Below are positions 35,815-44,867 of a stretch of 64,000 bases of DNA, one piece after another. The notes beneath the pieces are model-generated. The model saw only the letters and a list, made by a program, of their open reading frames with translations, had not been told where the DNA came from and did not search any database. A program made the position numbers and the translations under genes. The first letter of the stretch is position 1; each line of letters opens with the position of its first letter. Source of the DNA: Candidatus Kapaibacterium sp. Lineage in GTDB: Bacteria > Bacteroidota > Ignavibacteria > Palsa-1295. Location: NCBI GenBank assembly GCA_038210275.1, contig JBBQWV010000014.1, positions 5,930-69,929 of the forward strand, given 5' to 3'.

Positions 35815-36972
35815 ATGAATTTTCAACTTTCCGAAGATCATATTGCCATCCGCGATGCTGCCCGCGATTTTGCTCAGAATGAAATTGCCTCGTCGGCTGT
35901 GGAGCGCGACCTGACAGGTGAATTCCCTTATGAGATTATAAAAAAGCTCGGTGAACTTGGCTTTATGGGAATGATGGTTGACCCCAAATGGGGCGGCTCA
36001 GGGCTTGATGCTGTGAGTTATGTGCTTGCAATGGAAGAAATTTCGAAGGTTGATGCAAGCTGTTCGGTCGTGATGTCAGTGAATAATTCACTGGTCTGTT
36101 GGGGGCTTGAAACTTACGGCACCGATGAACAGAAAGAGCGAATTCTAAAACCCCTTGCATCCGGACAGAAACTTGGAGCATACTGCCTTTCAGAACCCGG
36201 AGTTGGAAGCGATGCAACTCAGCAAGCTACTACTGCCAAGCGCGACGGAAATGATTGGATCGTTGACGGAGCAAAGAATTGGATCACCAATGGGACAACT
36301 GCCGACTACTATATCGTCTTCGCGCAAAGTGATGCGACAAAAAAACATAAAGGCATCAGCGCTTTTATCTTAGAAAAAGGTATGCCCGGTTTTGAGTTCG
36401 GTTTAAAAGAAGATAAATTGGGTATCAGATCAAGCGATACGTGCTCTCTTTCATTCACCGGAGTTCGAGTACCGGATGCAAATCGTCTGGGTGATGAAGG
36501 CACAGGTTTTAAGATCGCTATGGAATCGCTTAATGGGGGGAGAATTGGTATTGCTGCCCAAGCTCTCGGCATTGCCAGCGGTGCTTATGAGAGGGCGGTA
36601 AAATATTCATTCGAGCGCCATGCGTTCGGGAAGCCGATCAATCAATTGCAGGCAATTCAGTTCAAGCTTGCTGATATGTGTGTCAAAATTGATGCGGCAA
36701 GACTGCTCATTCTTCGTGCTGCACGTTTGAAAGATAGCCACGAATCATATATCAAAGAAGCGGCAATGGCAAAGCTTTATGCTTCGACGATTGCCATGGA
36801 AGTTGCGAATCAGGCTATTCAAATTCACGGTGGGTATGGGTATGTCAGGGAGTATATTGTTGAAAGATCCTTGCGAGATGCGAAGATCACGGAGATCTAT
36901 GAAGGCACTTCGGAGATACAACATATAGTCATCGCCAGACAGCTTTTGAAGGAATATGAACTCGTCTCTTAG
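35815..36972 (+). CDS. Acyl-CoA dehydrogenase (short/branched-chain type)
   Basis: It has the ACAD signature (YCLSEPGVGSDA), the catalytic Glu region (IYEGTSEIQ), and is 385 aa. Confidence 0.93.
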   Translation: MNFQLSEDHIAIRDAARDFAQNEIASSAVERDLTGEFPYEIIKKLGELGFMGMMVDPKWGGSGLDAVSYVLAMEEISKVDASCSVVMSVNNSLVCWGLETYGTDEQKERILKPLASGQKLGAYCLSEPGVGSDATQQATTAKRDGNDWIVDGAKNWITNGTTADYYIVFAQSDATKKHKGISAFILEKGMPGFEFGLKEDKLGIRSSDTCSLSFTGVRVPDANRLGDEGTGFKIAMESLNGGRIGIAAQALGIASGAYERAVKYSFERHAFGKPINQLQAIQFKLADMCVKIDAARLLILRAARLKDSHESYIKEAAMAKLYASTIAMEVANQAIQIHGGYGYVREYIVERSLRDAKITEIYEGTSEIQHIVIARQLLKEYELVS

Positions 36973-37025
36973 ATTATGGACGTATATTTGCTATAAGTTT
37001 ATTCATCTTTTTATTACGTTTACCC

Positions 37026-37568
37026 ATGAAAACACGACACTTCGCATCATTTCTCTTGATTCTATTGGTTTCCGGTACGATCTTTTTTGCACGAACAGGT
37101 TACGCTCAACGTGCGACGGCAAAAAATAACGACATATCCGTTGACTTTATTGATTACCTTGTTAATAATACATTTCACTTGCAATATGAATGGAAATTGA
37201 CTTCCACTTCAAGTTTCCTTGTAAGATTAGCGTATGTGACGAAGAGTGAGAATCCAGGTCCGACTACTGCTCTTGGAGCCGGCGCTGCATGGCGTTTGTA
37301 CATTATTGATAGCCGTGCGCTGCAAGGTTTTAGTGTAGCTCCGGCTGTTGATCTCTTTTTCTTTAAAAATACACCGCTTGGTAAAAGCAATATTTTGTTC
37401 TCTGTTGGCGCAGACGGAGGGTACAAGTTTTTCTTCGATCAGATCACTCTCGAACCGACACTCGGTGTGAGGATCGGTTTTGCTCCTGGAAATAACCTTC
37501 CGCCGGGCGAGAGTAATTTTACCGGTTTATATGTGGTGCCATCGATCTATCTTGGCTACGCTTGGTAG
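37026..37568 (+). CDS. Small outer-membrane beta-barrel protein (paralogue 1 of 3)
   Basis: It has a signal peptide and an alternating hydrophobic pattern, and it ends in the aromatic tail ...IYLGYAW. Confidence 0.5.
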   Translation: MKTRHFASFLLILLVSGTIFFARTGYAQRATAKNNDISVDFIDYLVNNTFHLQYEWKLTSTSSFLVRLAYVTKSENPGPTTALGAGAAWRLYIIDSRALQGFSVAPAVDLFFFKNTPLGKSNILFSVGADGGYKFFFDQITLEPTLGVRIGFAPGNNLPPGESNFTGLYVVPSIYLGYAW

Positions 37569-38164
37569 TTACGGGCGGCGAGAAGTTTAGCATCATTGAA
37601 ATGATGAATCGAATAACTCTTTGGCGTTCGAAGCATAAGATTCTGATATTGGTGCTTTTGGTGATTTCCATTTTTTCTCAAAGTGGAGAATGTCAAACGC
37701 CGGCTGATTCAGTGCAACTTGATAGCAGCCGTCAATTTCATGAACGGCGTGGGGCAGGTGGTTTTGAAGCCGGGAATTCATGGCGCAGCGATGGCTTTCA
37801 CGGTATATTCTTTCACCTTTTTTACGAGGCTGAAATTGGTAAGGCGTTCTTGAATGCCGGAGCGTTTTCCTATCAGAAGATAAATGATGGCTTTGGCTTT
37901 GATTTTCGCTTGAGGATGCCGTACCTGTTTTATCCCAGCGGAAGTCATACGAATTTTTCACCGCTTGTCGGAGTTAGTTTTACCGTCTGGCCGGTTTACA
38001 AGCCGACAGTTTCAGTCGGGATTCCGTTCGGCTTGGAATATGAATTCCTGATTGATAATTTTCCGAATATTTCTGTGAGCGCGAACGCATCTCCACTCAT
38101 CAATTTGAGTAGTGAAAAGAACACTGTCATCTTTGATCTTCGATTAGGAATACGATTCGACTGA
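37562..38164 (+). CDS. Small outer-membrane beta-barrel-like protein (paralogue 2 of 3)
   Basis: It has a signal peptide and Gly/aromatic-rich beta-strand motifs (GFGFDFRLRMPYLFY, GIPFGLEYEF). It overlaps the previous gene by 7 nt. Confidence 0.45.
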   Translation: MVVTGGEKFSIIEMMNRITLWRSKHKILILVLLVISIFSQSGECQTPADSVQLDSSRQFHERRGAGGFEAGNSWRSDGFHGIFFHLFYEAEIGKAFLNAGAFSYQKINDGFGFDFRLRMPYLFYPSGSHTNFSPLVGVSFTVWPVYKPTVSVGIPFGLEYEFLIDNFPNISVSANASPLINLSSEKNTVIFDLRLGIRFD

Positions 38165-38166
38165 TT

Positions 38167-38916
38167 ATGATACACACTATTTTACATCGCCATTTTTTTC
38201 GTGCCTGTGTACTGGTTTTGATATGCGCCGGATCAGTTCTCGCGCAAAAATCCGATACGACTCGCAAGCGAATTCCGCGCGAGGAGATCGGTATTGTAAA
38301 AAAGCTGACGGTCATGCCGTATGCAACGATCAGCTATAATATCCAGTCTGGTCAGGCATTTCCGAAAAGCGCACAGGGAATAGGTTACGGTTTCGGACTT
38401 GCATTCGATCTCACCGAAGATAAGCAGCCGGTCGGAGCGTATTTTGATTTCGCCTATCAAGATATGCGAGCACATGCCGCTGACGGCGCTTGCAAGGTTG
38501 TCGGACCTGATACGATCGGAGCTGTTGCAGTCTCTGTTCCGGTGACACATTATTTTTCTTATGCGGTGTTCGAAGGATTTGTAAAACTTCAAACTCTTAA
38601 AAGCAACGGATATTTTCTCATTGGCGGAAGTTTAGGCGTTGCAACTACGGGCTTAACTGTTTCAGAAGGTCCGGGTACGGCAAGTTATTCGGAATGGAAA
38701 ACAGTAGATACCTACCATGAATTGCGTCTTGATATTCGAGCGGGTCTCGGTATTAAGCTGGGGTACATTTCCGGGCATCAACTCGTCTTTGAAGCAAGAT
38801 TCGGATACCCTGTGACAACTGTGCTCGGAGATTATCACGACTTCTGCAATGGCTCGGATGCGCACGGATCGTGGCGGGTAGTGACTCTGCAAGCTAATAT
38901 TGGCTTGCGATTATAA
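38167..38916 (+). CDS. Small outer-membrane beta-barrel-like protein (paralogue 3 of 3)
   Basis: It has a signal peptide and the motifs IGYGFGLAFDL, AYFDFAYQD and LRLDIRAGLGIKLGY. Its start is 3 nt after the previous stop. Confidence 0.5.
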   Translation: MIHTILHRHFFRACVLVLICAGSVLAQKSDTTRKRIPREEIGIVKKLTVMPYATISYNIQSGQAFPKSAQGIGYGFGLAFDLTEDKQPVGAYFDFAYQDMRAHAADGACKVVGPDTIGAVAVSVPVTHYFSYAVFEGFVKLQTLKSNGYFLIGGSLGVATTGLTVSEGPGTASYSEWKTVDTYHELRLDIRAGLGIKLGYISGHQLVFEARFGYPVTTVLGDYHDFCNGSDAHGSWRVVTLQANIGLRL

Positions 38917-38981
38917 GGTGTTACTTTCGTAACCGGGCTTCGTAAACGAAGCCGTACATTTTTTGATAGTATTTATTTTTT

Positions 38982-39659
38982 ATGAAAAAATCCTGGTTAA
39001 TTATTGGCGGTATTGTTTTCTTTTTGCTGATCCTCTTTTTCTGGTGGCGCACTACGTATAACGGACTGATTCAAAAGGAAGAAAATATTAAACTTCAGTT
39101 GGGGCAGTTGAATAATGTGTATCAGCAGCGACTTGACCTGATCCCGAATCTTGTTGCAACCGTGCAAGGATCTGCCGTAGCAGAACGTCAGACGCTTGAC
39201 GAAGTCATCGGCGCACGTGCGAAAGCGACAGGGGTTACCTTGACTCCCGAAGCTTTGAAAGACCCGCAGGCTTTTGCGAATTTCCAAAAACTTCAGGATA
39301 ATGTTTCGAGCGCAATTTCGAGATTACTCGTCACTGTAGAAAAATATCCCGATCTGAAATCGCAGGCAAATTTCTCAACGCTGATGTCGCAGATCGAAGG
39401 ACAGGAAAGCCGCGTCCGCCTTGAACGTAATCGTTACAATGAAAACGTGAATGACTACAACCGCAGCATCCGTGTATTTCCATCCAGCATAATCGCAGGG
39501 ATGTCCGGCTTCACAAAATATGAATATTTCCAAGCTGCTCCCGGAGCCGAGAATGCTCCGAAAGTAAATTTCCCCGGAAGCACAACGCCCGAAGCTCCTA
39601 CAACCGCGCCTGCCAATACTCCGGCGCAACGAGGACCCGAGAGACCGTCGGGAAAATAA
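38982..39659 (+). CDS. lemA: LemA family protein
   Basis: It has an N-terminal TM helix and LemA-characteristic segments (YNGLIQKEENIKLQLGQLNNVYQQRLDLIPNLV...ERNRYNENVNDYNRSIRVFPSSIIAGMSGF), plus a Pro/Ala-rich tail. Confidence 0.85.
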   Translation: MKKSWLIIGGIVFFLLILFFWWRTTYNGLIQKEENIKLQLGQLNNVYQQRLDLIPNLVATVQGSAVAERQTLDEVIGARAKATGVTLTPEALKDPQAFANFQKLQDNVSSAISRLLVTVEKYPDLKSQANFSTLMSQIEGQESRVRLERNRYNENVNDYNRSIRVFPSSIIAGMSGFTKYEYFQAAPGAENAPKVNFPGSTTPEAPTTAPANTPAQRGPERPSGK

Positions 39660-39708
39660 ATTACGGAGTAGAAGTTATGAATTGGGATTTCTAATTCCTA
39701 ATTGAGCA

Positions 39709-42588
39709 TTACCATACCCATTCAGGAATATGCACTACCGAACCGATGGCACTGCGAATCGGACGCCATATTGCCCAGAAGAGACTGACGTTGGGATCAA
39801 TATCAGCATTGATTTCTCCAGTATGGAGTGGGCGATCAAGTTCGGGTGTATTATGCGAACGCATAAAAAGTGCATTTGCCAAAAATGAGAATAATCCCGG
39901 CGGAAATTTATCCCATCTGAAAAATTTGACGCGAAGACTATCATATTGCGGCACGAGCGTTCCGGTCATTAAAGTATTTTTCAGCTCAATATTGAATTGA
40001 GCTGACCTTACAACTCCGCTTAGGGTGAAAGGCTCTGTAAGTGCAAGATAATTATTTAAGAGCGATGCGTCCATACTTCCGGCAGTCCCCTTTATTTTCA
40101 GATCAAGAACCGGATTCATAAGTTGATACTCCAAATTAAAATTAACTAAACCTTCATTCATGAGCTTCAGATCGCCTTCAATTGGTGTTACAAAATGCTG
40201 CCCATGAGTACTTGAATCATTGGATATCTCACCAATGTGGGCATTGACATTAGTCATTATGATCGTACCGGGTTCCGTCGTATCTGGCCAGCTTTCGCGA
40301 AATGAGATAATTCCATTTTGGGCAGCAACAGATTTTATGCCCAGAGGCACTCGTATTTTTTGAAATATTTCCTGCGGATATATTTCCTTGGATGTATGAG
40401 GCGCTTCGGGTTTGCGCCTATCGCCATAGACATGAAGCGCCCAGTTGGCTAATTGAATGCTATCGGCAAATATGCCTTTACCCAAAAGTAATCGTTGATA
40501 ATCAAGACCTTCAATGGAAATATGCGGCGCAAAAAGCTTGATGCGTTCAGTCCGAAATTGAAATGCGTTTCCAAAAGAATCTTCGGGGATAAGTGGATAT
40601 ACGATTACTGAATCAATCGAAAGTGTACGTTTACGAAAATCACCTTTTATTCCACTTTCGGAATATCTATTTACCGCACCCGGCGTTTGCTGCGTCAATG
40701 CTCCGATCTGAAAAGTCCCGGCATCGCTGAAAAGCATTCCGCGTTTGGTGATCCATGAGTTTTTATCGAGCTTAAAATTTTTCAGTGATACTTGAAAATT
40801 CATAATTGAATCTCCGCGTCCGGGCGGATTTTTCGGATCATCAAGAAAGTGAATGCCATAAAGACTTCCACCTGACACGCTTACAGAACCAAAGGATGCG
40901 ATGGGCAATAGTAAGGGCAGCGGATATTCTTTAAATTGACGGATCCTCTCAAGAGGGTCGCTCGAAATTATCGAATCAAAACTTGTGATAGGAGTCGTTG
41001 CGCTTTCAGCAAGATATATTTTTGGGTCGCGCAGGGTAAGGCTTGAAGAAAATAATCCTTCGCGCATCAGAAGTTTCCAAATATTTACTCCACTCACTTC
41101 TGCAGATTTTAAACGAACAAGCTTTAAGCCTTTTACCGAAGGCTCTAAATTGATGTTCGATATTTTCAAAGATTTTTCAGTGCCATCCATCCGACCGAAT
41201 TTCAGATTTCCAAGCGATGTATTCACACTGCTTTCGCCTTTTATTCCGTAGTTTGCATTCTTGCTGAAAAAATTAGAGATATTTGCAAATGGCGTTGTTT
41301 TATCAACTTTGAATTGCCGAAGGGACAATGTAATTCTTTTTAGTGCACTGACGGAATGAGCTTGCGGAAGCAGCGCATAAACTTCAGCATTTGTTACATT
41401 GACCGATTGCAACTCAATGCTCGGAAGTAAACTCGGAAGCGGAATGAGATCAGATGCTGAGAGATGATCAGCATAACTTGGATGCGGGCGAATCTGTGAC
41501 ACATCCTGCAATTCAATGCGAGGATTATTTATTGTCGCATTTCTGGCATGAAATCCAAGACCTGCAAGTGCAGCAGACCAATCAAGTCCGGAGAATTCTA
41601 TTTGCTTAATAGAAGTTTTTCTGATCTCTTCGATCGGTTTTCTTGCAATGATATTTGAGATCATCATTGATGAATCAATGAGATCACCATCCACTGATGC
41701 AACATCAATATCCGTTACGCCAAGCGAATCGACATGAGAAATATCTTCTGCGTGGAACGTTGCACTCTTGCAGAAGAAAGTGGAGAGAGCTGTTTTATAT
41801 GTAGGCTCATCAAGATAAAAATCACGGAATTCAAGCGAGGCATTTTTGACAAGTAAACCACCCCCATTTAGCGGCAACGCACTTTTACCATCATTAGATA
41901 TCGCGGCAGGGGACGTAGGGGTACCTTCAGAGAAATACAATTGGGCATTTTCTATCTTAATAGTTTTTGATGACACCGCCGGAAGAAAACTTGGAAGCAA
42001 TCCGGTATTTGCTGCAAATTTAGGAAGCGTACCGGGACGTAAATAAATTTTTGGAGAACGAATATTTATAGAGCCGGCAAAAAGACCTTTTTGTAAAATT
42101 AATTTCCAGTAATCAAGACCGGCAATGACCACGGTATCTGTCGAGAACCTGTCAAGCGGAGTTGCGACACCGAAATCGGCAGAGCTTGTATCCGTCTTCC
42201 CGTCTTCTGATCTTCCATTATCAATGATCCTCACGCCGGTAAGGATAAGACTATCTTTATTTGGGGATAGGGTGATGCTATTCATTTGCAATGAATAGCG
42301 GCGTCCAAGACGGTCAACGACGAACTGCTTCAGTTTCGGCTCGACAGCATAATGAACGATCGTGTTTGGAAAAAAAGTTACAATAATACCGCCTATGATC
42401 GCAACAAGGAGAATTGCTCCTGCGACAGAATAAATGATCTTTCGTCTTCGTGAATGTGGTTTTCGCGTTTTGACGCCTTCGGTCTTACGAACGTCTTCTC
42501 TTTCTGGCATAATAGTGGTTTTAATACTTATTGGGGAAGTACTCATATCAAACGAAATTGGGCTTGTATCGGTTCGAAAGAGAGTCAA
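39709..42588 (-). CDS. Large membrane-anchored protein, AsmA/TamB-like (DUF748-type) (959 aa)
   Basis: A single N-terminal TM helix (IIYSVAGAILLVAIIGGIIVTFF) is followed by a long beta-rich periplasmic region. I made the family call from architecture only. Confidence 0.45.
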   Translation of the reverse strand: MTLFRTDTSPISFDMSTSPISIKTTIMPEREDVRKTEGVKTRKPHSRRRKIIYSVAGAILLVAIIGGIIVTFFPNTIVHYAVEPKLKQFVVDRLGRRYSLQMNSITLSPNKDSLILTGVRIIDNGRSEDGKTDTSSADFGVATPLDRFSTDTVVIAGLDYWKLILQKGLFAGSINIRSPKIYLRPGTLPKFAANTGLLPSFLPAVSSKTIKIENAQLYFSEGTPTSPAAISNDGKSALPLNGGGLLVKNASLEFRDFYLDEPTYKTALSTFFCKSATFHAEDISHVDSLGVTDIDVASVDGDLIDSSMMISNIIARKPIEEIRKTSIKQIEFSGLDWSAALAGLGFHARNATINNPRIELQDVSQIRPHPSYADHLSASDLIPLPSLLPSIELQSVNVTNAEVYALLPQAHSVSALKRITLSLRQFKVDKTTPFANISNFFSKNANYGIKGESSVNTSLGNLKFGRMDGTEKSLKISNINLEPSVKGLKLVRLKSAEVSGVNIWKLLMREGLFSSSLTLRDPKIYLAESATTPITSFDSIISSDPLERIRQFKEYPLPLLLPIASFGSVSVSGGSLYGIHFLDDPKNPPGRGDSIMNFQVSLKNFKLDKNSWITKRGMLFSDAGTFQIGALTQQTPGAVNRYSESGIKGDFRKRTLSIDSVIVYPLIPEDSFGNAFQFRTERIKLFAPHISIEGLDYQRLLLGKGIFADSIQLANWALHVYGDRRKPEAPHTSKEIYPQEIFQKIRVPLGIKSVAAQNGIISFRESWPDTTEPGTIIMTNVNAHIGEISNDSSTHGQHFVTPIEGDLKLMNEGLVNFNLEYQLMNPVLDLKIKGTAGSMDASLLNNYLALTEPFTLSGVVRSAQFNIELKNTLMTGTLVPQYDSLRVKFFRWDKFPPGLFSFLANALFMRSHNTPELDRPLHTGEINADIDPNVSLFWAIWRPIRSAIGSVVHIPEWVW

Positions 42589-42596
42589 CGGATAAT

Positions 42597-42639
42597 GTCA
42601 TTGCGAGGAGTGCTTTAGCACGACGCGGCAATCTAAAAA
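42597..42639 (+). repeat. Family-1 repeat unit (single)
   Basis: The unit reads GTCATTGCGAGGAGTGCTTTAGCACGACGCGGCAATCTAAAAA. Confidence 0.7.
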
Positions 42640-42725
42640 CTTTAACATTTTGAAGTTGAACATCCTTCATGAATCTTTTCCCATCCCCTAATCGTATAGT
42701 GGTAACTTAATTATTCAAGCTATTT

Positions 42726-43391
42726 ATGAAATACTTCTCAATTCTATTTTTCCTATTCGCTGCCGTTGGATGTTCTGCAAAAGAGGAAAAAATCCCGGCA
42801 AATTCTGTAAAGGAAGTTTCTTCCAAGGAAGTGAGTGATAATAATGCCGATAAAAACATGGAGCACGCGACGTTTGCTATGGGTTGCTTCTGGCATTCTG
42901 AAGAAATTTTTCTTGAGATCAAGGGCGTGAAAAATGCTCTGCCCGGATATTCCGGCGGCACGGAGAGCAATCCGTCGTATGAAATGGTCGGAAGTGGTAA
43001 TACGACTTATGCTGAAGCCGTGGATATTACTTACGATCCGTCAGTCCTTTCTTATCAAAAACTTCTCGAAGTTTTTTTTACAGAGCACGATCCGACAACT
43101 CCGAATTATGCTGCGCCCGATGAAGGTCCGCAATACCGCTCAGTAATTTTTTACAGAAATGCCGAGCAGAAAAAGGAAGCGGAGGAATTTATTGCAAAGT
43201 TAGGGGCGTCGCATAAATTCTCGAATCCGATCATCACACAGGTAACTTCCTTTACGAAATTTTATAAGGCAGAGGATTATCACATCCGTTACTTCCGCAA
43301 TCATCCTTCTGGTCAGTCGTATATTGATAATGTTACGAAGCCGGAAGTCGAGAGATTCCGAAAGCATTTTCCGGAGTTAGTACAGAAGTAA
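42726..43391 (+). CDS. msrA: Peptide methionine sulfoxide reductase MsrA, exported (lipoprotein signal)
   Basis: It has the MsrA active site GCFWH and GYSGG, preceded by a signal peptide with Cys (FAAVGCSAKE). Confidence 0.9.
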   Translation: MKYFSILFFLFAAVGCSAKEEKIPANSVKEVSSKEVSDNNADKNMEHATFAMGCFWHSEEIFLEIKGVKNALPGYSGGTESNPSYEMVGSGNTTYAEAVDITYDPSVLSYQKLLEVFFTEHDPTTPNYAAPDEGPQYRSVIFYRNAEQKKEAEEFIAKLGASHKFSNPIITQVTSFTKFYKAEDYHIRYFRNHPSGQSYIDNVTKPEVERFRKHFPELVQK

Positions 43392-44756
43392 TTATCGCTT
43401 GATGATCAGGACAAAGAATTGAGTCCCTAATGACATCTGTTCTGTTTGAATATTAACGATAAGCCATCTTTGGGTGGAAGTATCATATACAACACCTGAT
43501 GAGACCGCAACGTGTAAACCACCTGCTTGATTGGCTACACCCTGATAATTTGTAATGAGCACAATAGCGTTCGGATCGCCATTGCATAGAGGATTATCAA
43601 TCTCCGTTCCGTCGTAACCCCAGGTGTTGGGATTCGGTACCATTCGAAGATTTGCAGTTGTGGCTGTGTGAACGAAAGCTGCCTGATTTGTACCGGCAAG
43701 TTTTATTGCGCCGTTCGTAATTTGCAATGCAGTTCCAATTCCTGAACCTGAATACTGTGCCTCAACTCCTGAAGCAGTTGGGGAGGATGTCTCGCCATGA
43801 ACTCCTATGCTTCCTGTTGAAATTGCTCTGACTGCCATCCCATTGCCGGTATTGATCGCTTCAAGGGTATTTACTCCGGCTGAACTTGCACTCTGAAAAA
43901 AACCTGCATGTCCACTTGAGCTACTGGCATTTACTGCGTCTCCACTGAGGGCGACAGCAGTAATTCCATTTGCATTCCCAGCTCCACGAGCAAGCATTCC
44001 GCTAAATGAATTTGATCCGCCGTTAGAAAACCCAACGACTCCATTATACCCAAATCCACCGTCGCCCCATATTGCGGCAGAGGACATAGTCAGAATTTGA
44101 GAGCCTTTATTTGCAATACCAGATATAGTAGTGCCGGTTGCTCCATTATTAAAAATATTGAATATTGACTTTATTCCATTTACTGCACTATCCGAGTATG
44201 GAAGTTTGAAACTTGTACCATTACCACTGACTACAGAAGATATCGTAATATTTCTTCCTGTATTATTAACGGTTGTGCCTCCTGCTCCGATGATTCGCAA
44301 TGGTCCATCAACTTCATTAATAGTAGTCACAACTCCTTTTGCATCTGAAGACACATTCTCTGCAACGGTAGCTCTTTCTGCTCTCAGTGCATAAGGTACG
44401 GATGTTAGTGCAGTTCGGGGAATGAGTTCAGTACCATTTGCAATAGTAACTCCAAGAAAATATGCTCGATTAAAATCAAGTGCGTTGGGCAAAAGAGTGA
44501 CTGAACCGATGATAACATTAAAAATGCCCTTTACAACAACGGCACTCTGAACTTCGGTAAAAATCGAAGTTCCGCCTGTGGCACTCAGGTAGAGGTTGAG
44601 CGTCAAAGAATAGTTGCCGTCTGCTACGAAGTTGCCATCAGGATGTGTCAGAACTCCCTGATAGCTAATTGTTCTCGGGATCTGTGCTGAACTTGTGGCG
44701 GTGAGGAAGAATAACCCAAAAAATAGTACTGCAAATATGGCGGAAATTGTCTTCAT
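43392..44756 (-). CDS. Secreted Gly/Ser/Ala/Thr-rich surface protein of unknown function (454 aa)
   Basis: It has a signal peptide, an N-terminal IPRTISYQGVLTHPDGNFV...LNLYLSATGG motif like that of large Bacteroidetes surface proteins, and a long low-complexity G/S/A/N body. Confidence 0.6.
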   Translation of the reverse strand: MKTISAIFAVLFFGLFFLTATSSAQIPRTISYQGVLTHPDGNFVADGNYSLTLNLYLSATGGTSIFTEVQSAVVVKGIFNVIIGSVTLLPNALDFNRAYFLGVTIANGTELIPRTALTSVPYALRAERATVAENVSSDAKGVVTTINEVDGPLRIIGAGGTTVNNTGRNITISSVVSGNGTSFKLPYSDSAVNGIKSIFNIFNNGATGTTISGIANKGSQILTMSSAAIWGDGGFGYNGVVGFSNGGSNSFSGMLARGAGNANGITAVALSGDAVNASSSSGHAGFFQSASSAGVNTLEAINTGNGMAVRAISTGSIGVHGETSSPTASGVEAQYSGSGIGTALQITNGAIKLAGTNQAAFVHTATTANLRMVPNPNTWGYDGTEIDNPLCNGDPNAIVLITNYQGVANQAGGLHVAVSSGVVYDTSTQRWLIVNIQTEQMSLGTQFFVLIIKR

Positions 44757-44867
44757 AGTAATGACCTCTGTCTAAAAATTTGAAAAAGTAGGTATTCAGT
44801 TATGCAACATACAACAATCCCACGGACTCAGAGAGGAAATCCAACTTTTTTCTGTTAGTATCCTCCG

